The notes beneath the pieces are model-generated. The model saw only the letters and a list, made by a program, of their open reading frames with translations. It ran no database searches and was not told the DNA's origin. From an uncultured Roseovarius sp. (GTDB taxonomy: Bacteria > Pseudomonadota > Alphaproteobacteria > Rhodobacterales > Rhodobacteraceae): a stretch of 32,398 nucleotides of DNA. The stretch is taken from contig CAJXKX010000001.1 of the NCBI GenBank assembly GCA_913055965.1, positions 1 through 32,398 of the forward strand, read 5' to 3'. The position numbers and the translations under genes were made by a program. Shown piece by piece: positions 8,587 to 17,012 of this stretch (position 1 is the first letter of the stretch; each line of letters opens with the position of its first letter).

Positions 8587-8639
8587 GCGGGGCGGCTGCG
8601 CCGCTTGCCCGGCCCCCCGTTTCCTCGTAATCAGCCGGA

Positions 8640-8933
8640 ATGACGATCACGCCGCAGCACCCAAGAGCGAAGCGCATCGTGGCGGCGGCGGCGATCGGGG
8701 CGGCCGCGCTTCTGTTTTTCATGTTCTGGCAGGGGCGTGCGTTCTGGAGCCCGGATCTTCGGTCCCATGGGCTGGACCTGGTCGAAATGGGCGCGATCGC
8801 CGTGCTGCTGCTGTCCTCCTGGGGTCTCGAGTCTTCGCTCTCGGGAATGGCGCGGCGCAGGCCGGGCCCCGTCAAGCGCGGCGCGGTCTGGCTGGGCCGG
8901 ATTGCCCTCCTCGTCATCGCCCTGATTTCCTGA
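8640..8933 (+). CDS. Small hypothetical membrane protein (3 predicted TM helices)
   Basis: Three hydrophobic stretches in 97 aa; fills an otherwise empty gap and converges on the oxidase gene. Confidence 0.5.
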   Translation: MTITPQHPRAKRIVAAAAIGAAALLFFMFWQGRAFWSPDLRSHGLDLVEMGAIAVLLLSSWGLESSLSGMARRRPGPVKRGAVWLGRIALLVIALIS

Positions 8934-10095
8934 GCCGCGGCCCCTCGGGCCGTCTCCAGGGGGGCGCTGCGAGCGCCGATGCATCGACGGTGCGGTAGCA
9001 GGGTGTGCCGATTTGCCCAAGAGCGCGGGTCAACTCCAGGCTCAGTATCTCGAACGCCCGCTCGGCACCGGCGCGGCCTCCGGCACCCACGCCATAGGCA
9101 AAGGCCCGACCGCCAAGGACGAAATCCGCGCCGCGCGCCTTGGCCCTCAGGACATCCGCGCCACGACGAATGCCGCTGTCGAGGATGACGGTCATGCGGT
9201 CCCCGACAGCCTCCGCAATCTCCGGGAGCGCGTCGATGGTGGCGGGGCCAAAGGCGACTTGCCGACCGCCATGGTTGGAGACGACGATGCCGTCGCAGCC
9301 AAGCTCCGCGCATTTCGCCGCGTCTTGCGGATGCAGGATGCCCTTGACCAGAAGCGTGCCCTTCCACCGCGCGCGCAGGCGTTTCAGGTCGTCCCATGTG
9401 AATCCCGGTGTGATCAGGGTCTTCTGGACATCCGCATAGGACGTGGCGCTTTGCAAAAGGTCCGCGTAATTGGCGATATTCGGCTTGCCATGGATCAGCG
9501 TTTCCAGCGACCAGCGCGGATTGGCAATGAGCCCGGCAACCACCTCGGGCGTGATCCGGAACGGCACGGCAAGCCGGTTGCGGATATCGCGGTCGCGCTT
9601 GCCCGCTGCGGGCACATCGGCGGTGACCATCAGCGTGGTATAGCCCGCCGCCTCGGCGCGCGCGATCAGACCCTCGGTCACATCCGCATCGCTCGAGACA
9701 TAGAGCTGGAACCAGCCGTTGTCGTCGGCCGCCTCAGCGAGGGCCTCGAGCGTGGTGGAGGCGGCAGAGCTTGCGACATAGGGGATGTTGCGCCGCTTGC
9801 AGAGCTTCGCCAGCGTCAGGTCGGCGCCGGGCCAGAAGGCGTTGAGCATGCCGATCGGGGCCATGCCGAAGGGCGCATCATAGCTCTGCCCAAAGAGCGT
9901 CGCCCGCGTGTCGATCTCCGAGACATCCACCATGTAGCGCGGCGTCAGTTCAATCTCCTCGAAGGCCTCGACATTGCGGCGCAGGTTGCGCTCGTCCTCA
10001 GCCCCCCCATCGACCAGATCGAAGGCAAAGCGCGGAATGCGCCGCCGGGCGCGCAGGCGCAGATCGTCGATCGAGGCGGCCCGCTCCAGCCCCAT
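8914..10095 (-). CDS. FMN-dependent alpha-hydroxy-acid oxidase/dehydrogenase (LldD/mandelate dehydrogenase family)
   Basis: ARRRIPRFAFDLVDGGAEDE, WFQLY, LLVKGI, DGIVVSNHGGRQ, LDSGIRRGADV; TGATG coupling to the upstream SDR. Confidence 0.93.
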   Translation of the reverse strand: MGLERAASIDDLRLRARRRIPRFAFDLVDGGAEDERNLRRNVEAFEEIELTPRYMVDVSEIDTRATLFGQSYDAPFGMAPIGMLNAFWPGADLTLAKLCKRRNIPYVASSAASTTLEALAEAADDNGWFQLYVSSDADVTEGLIARAEAAGYTTLMVTADVPAAGKRDRDIRNRLAVPFRITPEVVAGLIANPRWSLETLIHGKPNIANYADLLQSATSYADVQKTLITPGFTWDDLKRLRARWKGTLLVKGILHPQDAAKCAELGCDGIVVSNHGGRQVAFGPATIDALPEIAEAVGDRMTVILDSGIRRGADVLRAKARGADFVLGGRAFAYGVGAGGRAGAERAFEILSLELTRALGQIGTPCYRTVDASALAAPPWRRPEGPRLRKSGR

Positions 10096-10844
10096 CAGAT
10101 CGACCACCCGCCATCAATGGCCAGCGCCTGCCCGGTGGTGAAACCCGACATGTCCCCGGCCAGATAGCAGACCATTTCGGCGATCTCCTCGGGTTGGCCA
10201 AGCCGCCCCATCGGCTGCCGGTCCTTGAAGGCGGCAAGCGCGGCGTCGAAATCCCCCGTCGCCGCCAGCCGCTCGTTCAGCGACGGGCTTTGCACCGTGC
10301 CGGGGCAGATCGCGTTGCAGCGAATGCCGTGTTTGACGAAATCCGCCGCGATGGACTTGGTCATGCCGATGATCGCGGCCTTCGACGCGCCATAGGCAAA
10401 GCGGCGCGGCGCGCCTTTTTCGCTCGAGACGATGGAGGCGATATTGATCACCGACCCGGTCCCCGCCTCCAGCATCCCCGGCAGAACCGCCTTGGTGATG
10501 CGGAACATCGCCTTGGCGTTCAGGTCAAACGACCGGTCCCAGACCGCCTCGTCACAGTCGAGGATGGTGCCGTCATGCACCCATCCGGCGCAGTTCAGCA
10601 GGATGTGCACGGGCGGGGCAGAGGCGACGAGCGCCGCGACCGCCGCCGCATCCAGCACATCGAGTTGATGCCCGGTGATGTTGGGGCTGGTCTGCGCCAG
10701 CGCCGCGACCGCCGCGCCGTCGATATCGGTGGCGATCACCTGCGCGCCGCGCGCGGCCATCGCCTCGGCACTGGCGCGCCCGATTCCGTTTGCGGCTGCC
10801 GTGACCAGCGCGGTCTTGCCTGCGAGTGTCTGTTCCATTTTCAT
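10095..10844 (-). CDS. SDR, 2-keto-3-deoxy-L-fuconate 4-dehydrogenase/BDH2-like
   Basis: Atypical TAAANGIG glycine motif, NCAGWVHDGTILDC, YGASK, IRCNAICPGTVQSPSL, RQPMGRLG. Confidence 0.85.
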   Translation of the reverse strand: MKMEQTLAGKTALVTAAANGIGRASAEAMAARGAQVIATDIDGAAVAALAQTSPNITGHQLDVLDAAAVAALVASAPPVHILLNCAGWVHDGTILDCDEAVWDRSFDLNAKAMFRITKAVLPGMLEAGTGSVINIASIVSSEKGAPRRFAYGASKAAIIGMTKSIAADFVKHGIRCNAICPGTVQSPSLNERLAATGDFDAALAAFKDRQPMGRLGQPEEIAEMVCYLAGDMSGFTTGQALAIDGGWSI

Positions 10845-10850
10845 CCTTTC

Positions 10851-11615
10851 TCAGCGCGCGAGCCAGCCGCCATCGACGGTCACAACGCTGCCGTGGCAAT
10901 AGCTGGCCGCGTCCGACGCCAGAAAGACGGCGGCCCCGGCGATTTCCGACGGCTCGGCAAAGCGTCCGGCGGGGATACGGTCGAGCAGCGCCTTCGACCG
11001 CTCCGGATCGTCGCGCAGCGCCTGCGTGTTGTCCGTCGCGGTGTAGCCCGGCGCGATGCTGTTGACGTTGACGCCCTGCGGCGCCCATTCGTTGCACAGC
11101 GCCTTGGTCAGACCCAGCACCGCGTGTTTGCTGGCGGCATAGGCCGGCACGCGCAGCCCGCCCTGCGCGCCCAGTACCGAGGACACGATGATGATCCGCC
11201 CCGCGCCTTGCGCCACCATGCGCCGCCCCGCCGCCTGCGACAGCAGCCAGACTGAATCGAGGTTGACCGACAGCACGCGCTGCCAGTCCTCAAGCGCCAT
11301 CTCGGTGCTGTCCTCGCGGTGGATGATCCCGGCATTGTTGACCAGAATGTCCAGCCCGCCGAGCGCATCTGCGGCAAAGCGCACGACCTCCTCGGCCCCG
11401 GCCTGATCCATGCCGGTGAAATCGGCCTTTACAGCCGCACCCTTGCGCCCCAGAGCCTCGATCCTGCCAAGTGTCTCTTCGGGCTGATGGCTGCGATAGG
11501 TCAGCGCCACATCGGCCCCGGCGGCGGCAAGGCCGAGGGCGATGCCCTCGCCGATGCCGGTCGCGCCGCCGGTGACCAGGGCCTTGCGGCCCGTCAGATC
11601 GAACGGATTGGCCAT
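10851..11615 (-). CDS. kduD: SDR, 2-dehydro-3-deoxy-D-gluconate 5-dehydrogenase (KduD)-like
   Basis: NPFDLTGRKALVTG, NNAGIIHR, QGGLRVPAYAASKH, NEWA, IAPGYTATDNTQALRDD, RIPAGR. Confidence 0.75.
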   Translation of the reverse strand: MANPFDLTGRKALVTGGATGIGEGIALGLAAAGADVALTYRSHQPEETLGRIEALGRKGAAVKADFTGMDQAGAEEVVRFAADALGGLDILVNNAGIIHREDSTEMALEDWQRVLSVNLDSVWLLSQAAGRRMVAQGAGRIIIVSSVLGAQGGLRVPAYAASKHAVLGLTKALCNEWAPQGVNVNSIAPGYTATDNTQALRDDPERSKALLDRIPAGRFAEPSEIAGAAVFLASDAASYCHGSVVTVDGGWLAR

Positions 11616-11617
11616 GA

Positions 11618-12916
11618 TCAATACCGGTTCGCGATGGGCAGATCCTCGGCCGGGAAGAGGCTGATCACCTCGCAGCCGGTCGGCGTCACCACCACCTCTT
11701 CCTCGATCCGCGCGGCGGAGTAGCCGTCGGCGGCGGGGCAGTAGGTTTCGAGCGCAAAGACCATGCCGGTCTGGATCTCCATCGGGTGATCAAGACTGAC
11801 GGCGCGGCTGATGATGGGCCGCTCGTGCAGCGCGAGGCCGAGACCGTGCCCGAATTGCAGCCCGAACGCCGCCTCCTCGGAAGGAAAGCCGAACTCCTCT
11901 GCCTTGGGCCAGACCTCGGCCACCTTGTCGGTGCTCACCCCCGGCTTGATCATCGCGATCGAGGCGTCGATCCACTCGCGCGCCTTGACATAGGCGTCGG
12001 TCTGCGCGGGCGTGGCGCGGCCGATATTGAAGGTCCGGTAATAACAGGTGCGATAGCCCTGATAGCTTTGCAGGATGTCGAAAAACGCCTGATCGCCGGG
12101 CCGGAACAGCCGGTCGGTGAAGTTGTGCGGATGCGGATTGCAGCGCTCGCCCGAAATGGCGTTGATCGCCTCCACGTCGTCGCTGCCCATCTCGTAGAGC
12201 ATCTTGTTGCTGAGGGCCACGATATCGTTTTCGCGCACGCCCGGCTTCAACTCTTCGTAGATCATGTGATAGACGCCATCGACCATCGACGCGGCCTGCG
12301 TGAGCAACTGGATCTCGTCCCAGTTCTTGATCTCGCGCGCCGCCAGCATGATCTGCTGGCCGTCGATCACCTTGATCCCCTCCTCCTGAAGCGCGTGGAA
12401 CATCGCGGTTTCGGCATAGTCCACCCCGACCGGCATGTCGGCCATGCCGGCCTCCTTGATGAGCTGTGCGATATCCTTGGCATATTTGCGCATCAGGCCG
12501 AATTCCGGCGGGATCGTGCCGCGCATGCCGACCACACCGGCAAGGCAGTGATCGGGCTCCAGCCAGTCGGAATAGCGCTGGTGATGCACGGCGGCAGAGC
12601 CGAAATCCCACACATAGGGGCTGTCATCGCCGGTCAGCAGGCAGAAGCGGCACATCTTGTCGCGCTCCCATTCGCCGATCTTGGTGGCCGAGACATAGCG
12701 GATGTTGTTCACGTCAAACAGCAAGAGCGTGCCCGCACCCGAGGCCTGCAGCGCCTGCCGCGTGCGCGCAAGGCGGTAGCGGCGCAGGCGGTCATGGTCG
12801 ATCCGGCGCTCGAAATCGACCGACATGTGGCCCGGGGCGGGCAGACGGTCGCGCCACTCCCAGTTGGGTTCGAGGTCTTGCGGGGTGAGCATGTTGGGCA
12901 TCAGGGCGCGTGTCAT
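11618..12916 (-). CDS. M24-family (creatinase/Xaa-Pro peptidase fold) metalloenzyme with an atypical metal site
   Basis: Creatinase-N-like domain (NNIRYVS); pita-bread motifs FFD-x10-C, GHGLGLALHERP, FALET, ARIEE; AAGGAG RBS. Confidence 0.9.
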   Translation of the reverse strand: MTRALMPNMLTPQDLEPNWEWRDRLPAPGHMSVDFERRIDHDRLRRYRLARTRQALQASGAGTLLLFDVNNIRYVSATKIGEWERDKMCRFCLLTGDDSPYVWDFGSAAVHHQRYSDWLEPDHCLAGVVGMRGTIPPEFGLMRKYAKDIAQLIKEAGMADMPVGVDYAETAMFHALQEEGIKVIDGQQIMLAAREIKNWDEIQLLTQAASMVDGVYHMIYEELKPGVRENDIVALSNKMLYEMGSDDVEAINAISGERCNPHPHNFTDRLFRPGDQAFFDILQSYQGYRTCYYRTFNIGRATPAQTDAYVKAREWIDASIAMIKPGVSTDKVAEVWPKAEEFGFPSEEAAFGLQFGHGLGLALHERPIISRAVSLDHPMEIQTGMVFALETYCPAADGYSAARIEEEVVVTPTGCEVISLFPAEDLPIANRY

Positions 12917-13002
12917 GGGAATACTCCTTGGCGTGGGCGTGGCACCCACTGTTGGTGTGTTTCGGTAAGGCTGTGATCGGGCGGGGGCCCCCGCTCAGGG
13001 CG

Positions 13003-13812
13003 TCACTGGATGCACCAGCCGCCGTCGATATGGATCATCTGGCCGGTCATGTAGTCGCTGTCGTCGCTGGCAAGGAACGACGCGGTGCCGGTGATGTCGT
13101 CGGGATAGCTGACCCGCTTGATCTGGAGCGCGTCGCGCACGATGTCGTCATAGGCCTGGCCCTCGCGCTCCTTGAAGCCGATATCGACAAGGTCCTTGTC
13201 CAACTGCTCCCACAGCGGTGTGACCACCACACCCGGCGCATAGCCGTTGACAGTGATATTGTGCTCGGCCAATCCGATGGCCCCGCAATGGGTCAGCGCG
13301 AGACAGCCGTATTTCGAGGTGCAATAGACCGTCACATCCACGAGCGGCTTGCGGCTGGCGATGCTGCCCACGTTGATCAGCTTGTAGGGGTGGCCCTCCA
13401 TCGGGCCCTGCGCGATCATCTGGCGGGCGGTTTCCTGCATGCCAAGCCACATCGCCTTGGTGTTCACGTTCATGATCAGGTCCCAGTTGTCTTCGTCAAT
13501 ATCCATGAAGAACCGGGGCTTGTTGAGACCGGCGTTGAACAGCCCCACATTGATCGAGCCGAACGCCTCGACCGTGGCGGCGACAGCGCTGGCGTTATCC
13601 TCGCGCCTGGTCACATCCATCCTGACCGCGATGGCCTGCCCGTTTCCGGCGGCGTTGATGCGGTCGGCCGTTTTCTGTGCCTCGTCCAGATCGAGATCGC
13701 CGAGGCAGACATTGGCGCCCTGCGCGGCAAAGCTTTCGGCATTGGCGGCCCCCATGCCGCGGGCGGCACCGGTGATCAGGATGTTCTTGCCGTTCAGGCG
13801 GTTCGGGTCCAT
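13003..13812 (-). CDS. SDR, acetoin reductase/polyol (sorbitol) dehydrogenase-like
   Basis: TGAARGMG, NAG, YCTSK, ITVNGYAPGVVVTPLWEQLD, SDYMTGQ; GAGGAG RBS. Confidence 0.88.
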   Translation of the reverse strand: MDPNRLNGKNILITGAARGMGAANAESFAAQGANVCLGDLDLDEAQKTADRINAAGNGQAIAVRMDVTRREDNASAVAATVEAFGSINVGLFNAGLNKPRFFMDIDEDNWDLIMNVNTKAMWLGMQETARQMIAQGPMEGHPYKLINVGSIASRKPLVDVTVYCTSKYGCLALTHCGAIGLAEHNITVNGYAPGVVVTPLWEQLDKDLVDIGFKEREGQAYDDIVRDALQIKRVSYPDDITGTASFLASDDSDYMTGQMIHIDGGWCIQ

Positions 13813-13830
13813 GGGTCTCTCCTCCTCAAG

Positions 13831-15660
13831 TCACGATGGTCCGGGATGTTCGATCAGCGCCTCGGCCCTCTCCTGGGCCTGGCGCAGGGCGGCGCGGGGG
13901 GGGATCAGCCCGCGCAGCATGTCGTGGAATTCCTCGCCGCAGATCTGGATGATCCCGGTGATCTCGGGCACCGGCGGGCGCGGCCAGAATTGCAGCTCGT
14001 CGCGCCAGGACATGGCGTCGACGGCCTCGAATATCGGCGAGGCGCGGCGCACCTCGGCATCCGCCCCGACCGAATAGCGCGGGTTGGTGCGGCTGCCGTT
14101 CTGCACATAGAGCTTCTGCGCCTCGGGGCTGGTAAAGACGCGCAGCGCCTCGACCGCCGCCGCCACCCGCTCGGGCGCGAGATTGGCCGGAATACCCATC
14201 ACATAGCCCCCGACAGGGGCCACATTGGCCGCCCCCGGCCCGTGCGGATGCGGCAGATAGCCGGTCTGCCCATGCGCGGGCGAGGACGGGTCAAGCTCGA
14301 AATACGGGGCCAGCAGCGTGTAGCCATAGGCCATAGCGATCCGCCCCGCCGCATAGGGGCGCACCCGTTCGTACCAGGACATCGACAGGATGTCGGGAGG
14401 CGAATAGCGCAGCAGCTCCATCAGGAATTCCGCGGCCCTCAGCCCCTTGTCGGTGTCGATGGTCACGCGGTAGTCGCGCCGTGCCAGCCCGCCCGTGTCG
14501 AAGCCGCCAGCCACCTCGGGCAGGTCGAGCACCGGCTGGCCGAAATCCGCCATCGTCATCAGCACGGTATGGCCGAGTGCGGTGCCGCGCGCCGCGTTCC
14601 AGCCGATGCCGTAGCGGCCCCTTTGCGGGTCGTGCATCTCGTGCGCGGCGGCGAGCAGCTGATCGGTGGTCGCGGGCGGCTCCAGCCCCGCCTCGGCGAA
14701 CAGATCGCGGCGATAGAACAGCAGTTCCGGCGTGGTCTGGGCAGGCACGCCATAGGGGCGGCCGCCCCAATGCGCGGCCGTCCACCCGGCGGTGTGAAAA
14801 TCCGCAGGGTCGAGCCGCGCCACATCCATGACCGCGTCGAGCGGCATCAGGACGCCCTTGTCGGCGAACTCGCCGATCCAGGGCAGGTCGAGCGCGATGA
14901 TGTCGTAGCGGCTGGCGCTGCGCTCGGCGTTGCGCAGCGCCTCGTCACGCAGCCGGTCGATGGAAAAGGCGCGCTGATGAATCTGCGTGCCGATCACCTG
15001 CTCGAACTGCCGCTTGAGGTTCTCCATCACCATGAAGGTCGGATCGCCATGCACCAGAACGCGGACTCCGCCCGCCACCTTGAGCGGATCGGGCAACACC
15101 TGCAGGGGCGGGATCGCATGGGCGGTCATGTAGGAGCCGCCGAAATAGTAATCGCGTGCCTCTTCGCGGCTGCTGTGCCTGCTGAAATGGATTTCGGCCA
15201 GCCGTCTGACCCGCGCCGACGCCTGGCTCCATTGCTCGAGCAGCTTGTCGCTGGGATGCATCGAAAAGCTCTTGCCGGTTTTCGTGCGCGGGCGCTGTTC
15301 GATCAGCCCGGCCTCGATCATCTCTTTCAGGCGCCGGTTGGCGGTGGCATAGGGCACGTTGCTGGCGGCGATCAGGGACGTGGGTGTCATCACCCTTGCC
15401 TCGAGATGCGCCTTGATCGCCTGCAGCGCCATGCGGAACACGGGGCTTGGGTCCTGCAGCTCTATGGCGGTGTCCAGCTCGGTGCTGCAATCCTCGAGAA
15501 AGGTCAGGATGCGCAGCAGGTCGCCGGTCGCCAGGGCGGCGTGCGTCGGTCCTTGTGCATGAGCATCCAGGGCATTCATGAGGGCGGCAGGCTCCCTTGC
15601 CGGTCTGCGCGGGGCGTCCGGCACAGAATTTGTCAGATTGGATGGATTCTTCTTTGCCAT
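13831..15660 (-). CDS. Putative cytoplasmic regulator: winged-HTH domain fused to a carbohydrate-type solute-binding-protein domain
   Basis: No signal peptide; wHTH-like segment MTPTSLIAASNVPYATANRRLKEMIEAGLIEQRPRTKTGKSFSMHP; SBP-like domain (YDIIALDLPWIGEFA, YGVP, LFYRRDLFAEAGLEPPATTDQL); AAGGAGA RBS before MAKKN. Confidence 0.8.
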   Translation of the reverse strand: MAKKNPSNLTNSVPDAPRRPAREPAALMNALDAHAQGPTHAALATGDLLRILTFLEDCSTELDTAIELQDPSPVFRMALQAIKAHLEARVMTPTSLIAASNVPYATANRRLKEMIEAGLIEQRPRTKTGKSFSMHPSDKLLEQWSQASARVRRLAEIHFSRHSSREEARDYYFGGSYMTAHAIPPLQVLPDPLKVAGGVRVLVHGDPTFMVMENLKRQFEQVIGTQIHQRAFSIDRLRDEALRNAERSASRYDIIALDLPWIGEFADKGVLMPLDAVMDVARLDPADFHTAGWTAAHWGGRPYGVPAQTTPELLFYRRDLFAEAGLEPPATTDQLLAAAHEMHDPQRGRYGIGWNAARGTALGHTVLMTMADFGQPVLDLPEVAGGFDTGGLARRDYRVTIDTDKGLRAAEFLMELLRYSPPDILSMSWYERVRPYAAGRIAMAYGYTLLAPYFELDPSSPAHGQTGYLPHPHGPGAANVAPVGGYVMGIPANLAPERVAAAVEALRVFTSPEAQKLYVQNGSRTNPRYSVGADAEVRRASPIFEAVDAMSWRDELQFWPRPPVPEITGIIQICGEEFHDMLRGLIPPRAALRQAQERAEALIEHPGPS

Positions 15661-15714
15661 CGCGGGTCTCCTTTCGAGAGTGTCGAAACCTATGGTGCGA
15701 AAGTATCGGAGATA

Positions 15715-15752
15715 TATCCGTTTTGGATAAAAAATTATCCGATATGGATAAT
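15715..15752. promoter_or_regulatory. Tandem palindromic operator TATCC-N5-GGATA (two copies)
   Basis: TATCCGTTTTGGATA at 15715-15729 and TATCCGATATGGATA at 15736-15750, 21 bp apart, in the AT-rich divergent promoter region. Confidence 0.75.
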
Positions 15753-15878
15753 ATTGCTGCATTGCGGGGGCGTGTTTTCGCGCACTCTCCGAACAGTTGT
15801 CCGGCTCTCCGGACGATGATTCCCCGGTTCGGAGGAGGGGAGTCGCACATGACAGGAACATTCGGGGAGGAGAACCTG

Positions 15879-16829
15879 ATGAGACTTCGTACCGTTCTCG
15901 CGGCGTCCGCCGCCAGCATCGCGCTGAGTGCGGCCGCGCAGGCCGACGGCTACAGGATCGGCATCACGCAGAACAATGTCGGCGTGGACAGCTACCAGAC
16001 CACCTACGAGCAGGCATTCATCGCCGCCGCCGAGGCCGATGACGGCATCGAGGCCGTTGTGCTCGACGCGGGCGGCGACGTGGCCCGCCAGATCGCGCAG
16101 ATCGAGGATCTGATCCAGCAGGAGGTGGATGCCATCATCATCTGGCCGACCAATGGCGAGGCGGTGATCCCCGCCGTGCGCAAGGCCAAGAAGGCCGGAA
16201 TCCCGGTGATCGTGACCAATTCCAACATCGCCGAGCAGGGGTTCGATTTCATCGCGTCCTTCTCGGGGCCCAACAACATCACCCAGGGCGCGCGCGCCGC
16301 CGAGATCATGTGCGACAAGTTCAAGGACATGGGCATCGCGGGTGAGGCGCAGGTCGTGCACATCACCGGCCAGCCGGGCTATACCACCGCCATCGAACGC
16401 GCCAAGGGGTTCGAGGATCGCCTGCCCGAGATCTGCCCCGATGTCACCGTGCTCGACACCCAGCCGGGCGACTGGAACCGCGAAAAGGCGCAAACGGTGA
16501 TGGAGGCCTTCCTCACCAAGTATGACGACATCGACGGGGTCTATGCCGGCGATGACAACATGGGCGTGGGCGCGCTCAATGCCGCCCGTGCCGCCGGGCG
16601 CGACGGCATCGTCTTTGTCGGGGCCACCAATTTCGCGGTCGGCTACGAGGCGATGGAGCGCGGCGATTACTGGGGCTCGATCTATCAATCCCCGGTCGAT
16701 GACGCCGAGGCGGCGTTGCAGACGGCGATCGACGTGCTCGACGGCAAGGACGTGCCCTTGCTCAACTATTTCGACACGCCCAAGATCACCCAGGACAACA
16801 TGGGCGATTTCACCAAGCCGGTGTTTTGA
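15879..16829 (+). CDS. Sugar ABC transporter substrate-binding protein (RbsB-type)
   Basis: Signal peptide ending AQA-DG; DAGGDVARQIAQIEDLIQQEVDAIII, GDWNREKA, VYAGDDNMGVGA; GAGGAG RBS. Confidence 0.93.
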   Translation: MRLRTVLAASAASIALSAAAQADGYRIGITQNNVGVDSYQTTYEQAFIAAAEADDGIEAVVLDAGGDVARQIAQIEDLIQQEVDAIIIWPTNGEAVIPAVRKAKKAGIPVIVTNSNIAEQGFDFIASFSGPNNITQGARAAEIMCDKFKDMGIAGEAQVVHITGQPGYTTAIERAKGFEDRLPEICPDVTVLDTQPGDWNREKAQTVMEAFLTKYDDIDGVYAGDDNMGVGALNAARAAGRDGIVFVGATNFAVGYEAMERGDYWGSIYQSPVDDAEAALQTAIDVLDGKDVPLLNYFDTPKITQDNMGDFTKPVF

Positions 16830-17012
16830 CGGCAGCGCCCGCGCGGCGACGCGCGAGCCTTGGCCCGGATTTCTGCGGGACATGCCAGGGATCAGAGGCC
16901 GGGCCCGCCGCGATGGCGATCTGCGCCCGGTCCCGGGCGCGCCCGTGCGACGCGGCATGGTGGGCCCGCGCGTATCCGCGGAGCCGAAGGACGGAACCCG
17001 ATGGAGGGCGAC

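Noticed and set aside
11618-12916. Calling the M24 protein DddP, DoeA or creatinase
   Set aside because: The metal-ligand pattern (Cys at the second Asp position) and the sugar-catabolic context do not fit those enzymes.
12910-15819. 969-aa plus-strand ORF
   Set aside because: Antisense shadow of the SDR and the wHTH-SBP gene; no motifs; expected from high-GC codon bias.
16830-17000. GC-rich spacer after the sugar SBP gene with short inverted repeats
   Set aside because: Typical post-SBP intercistronic structure; no long perfect stem, U-tract or riboswitch consensus seen.
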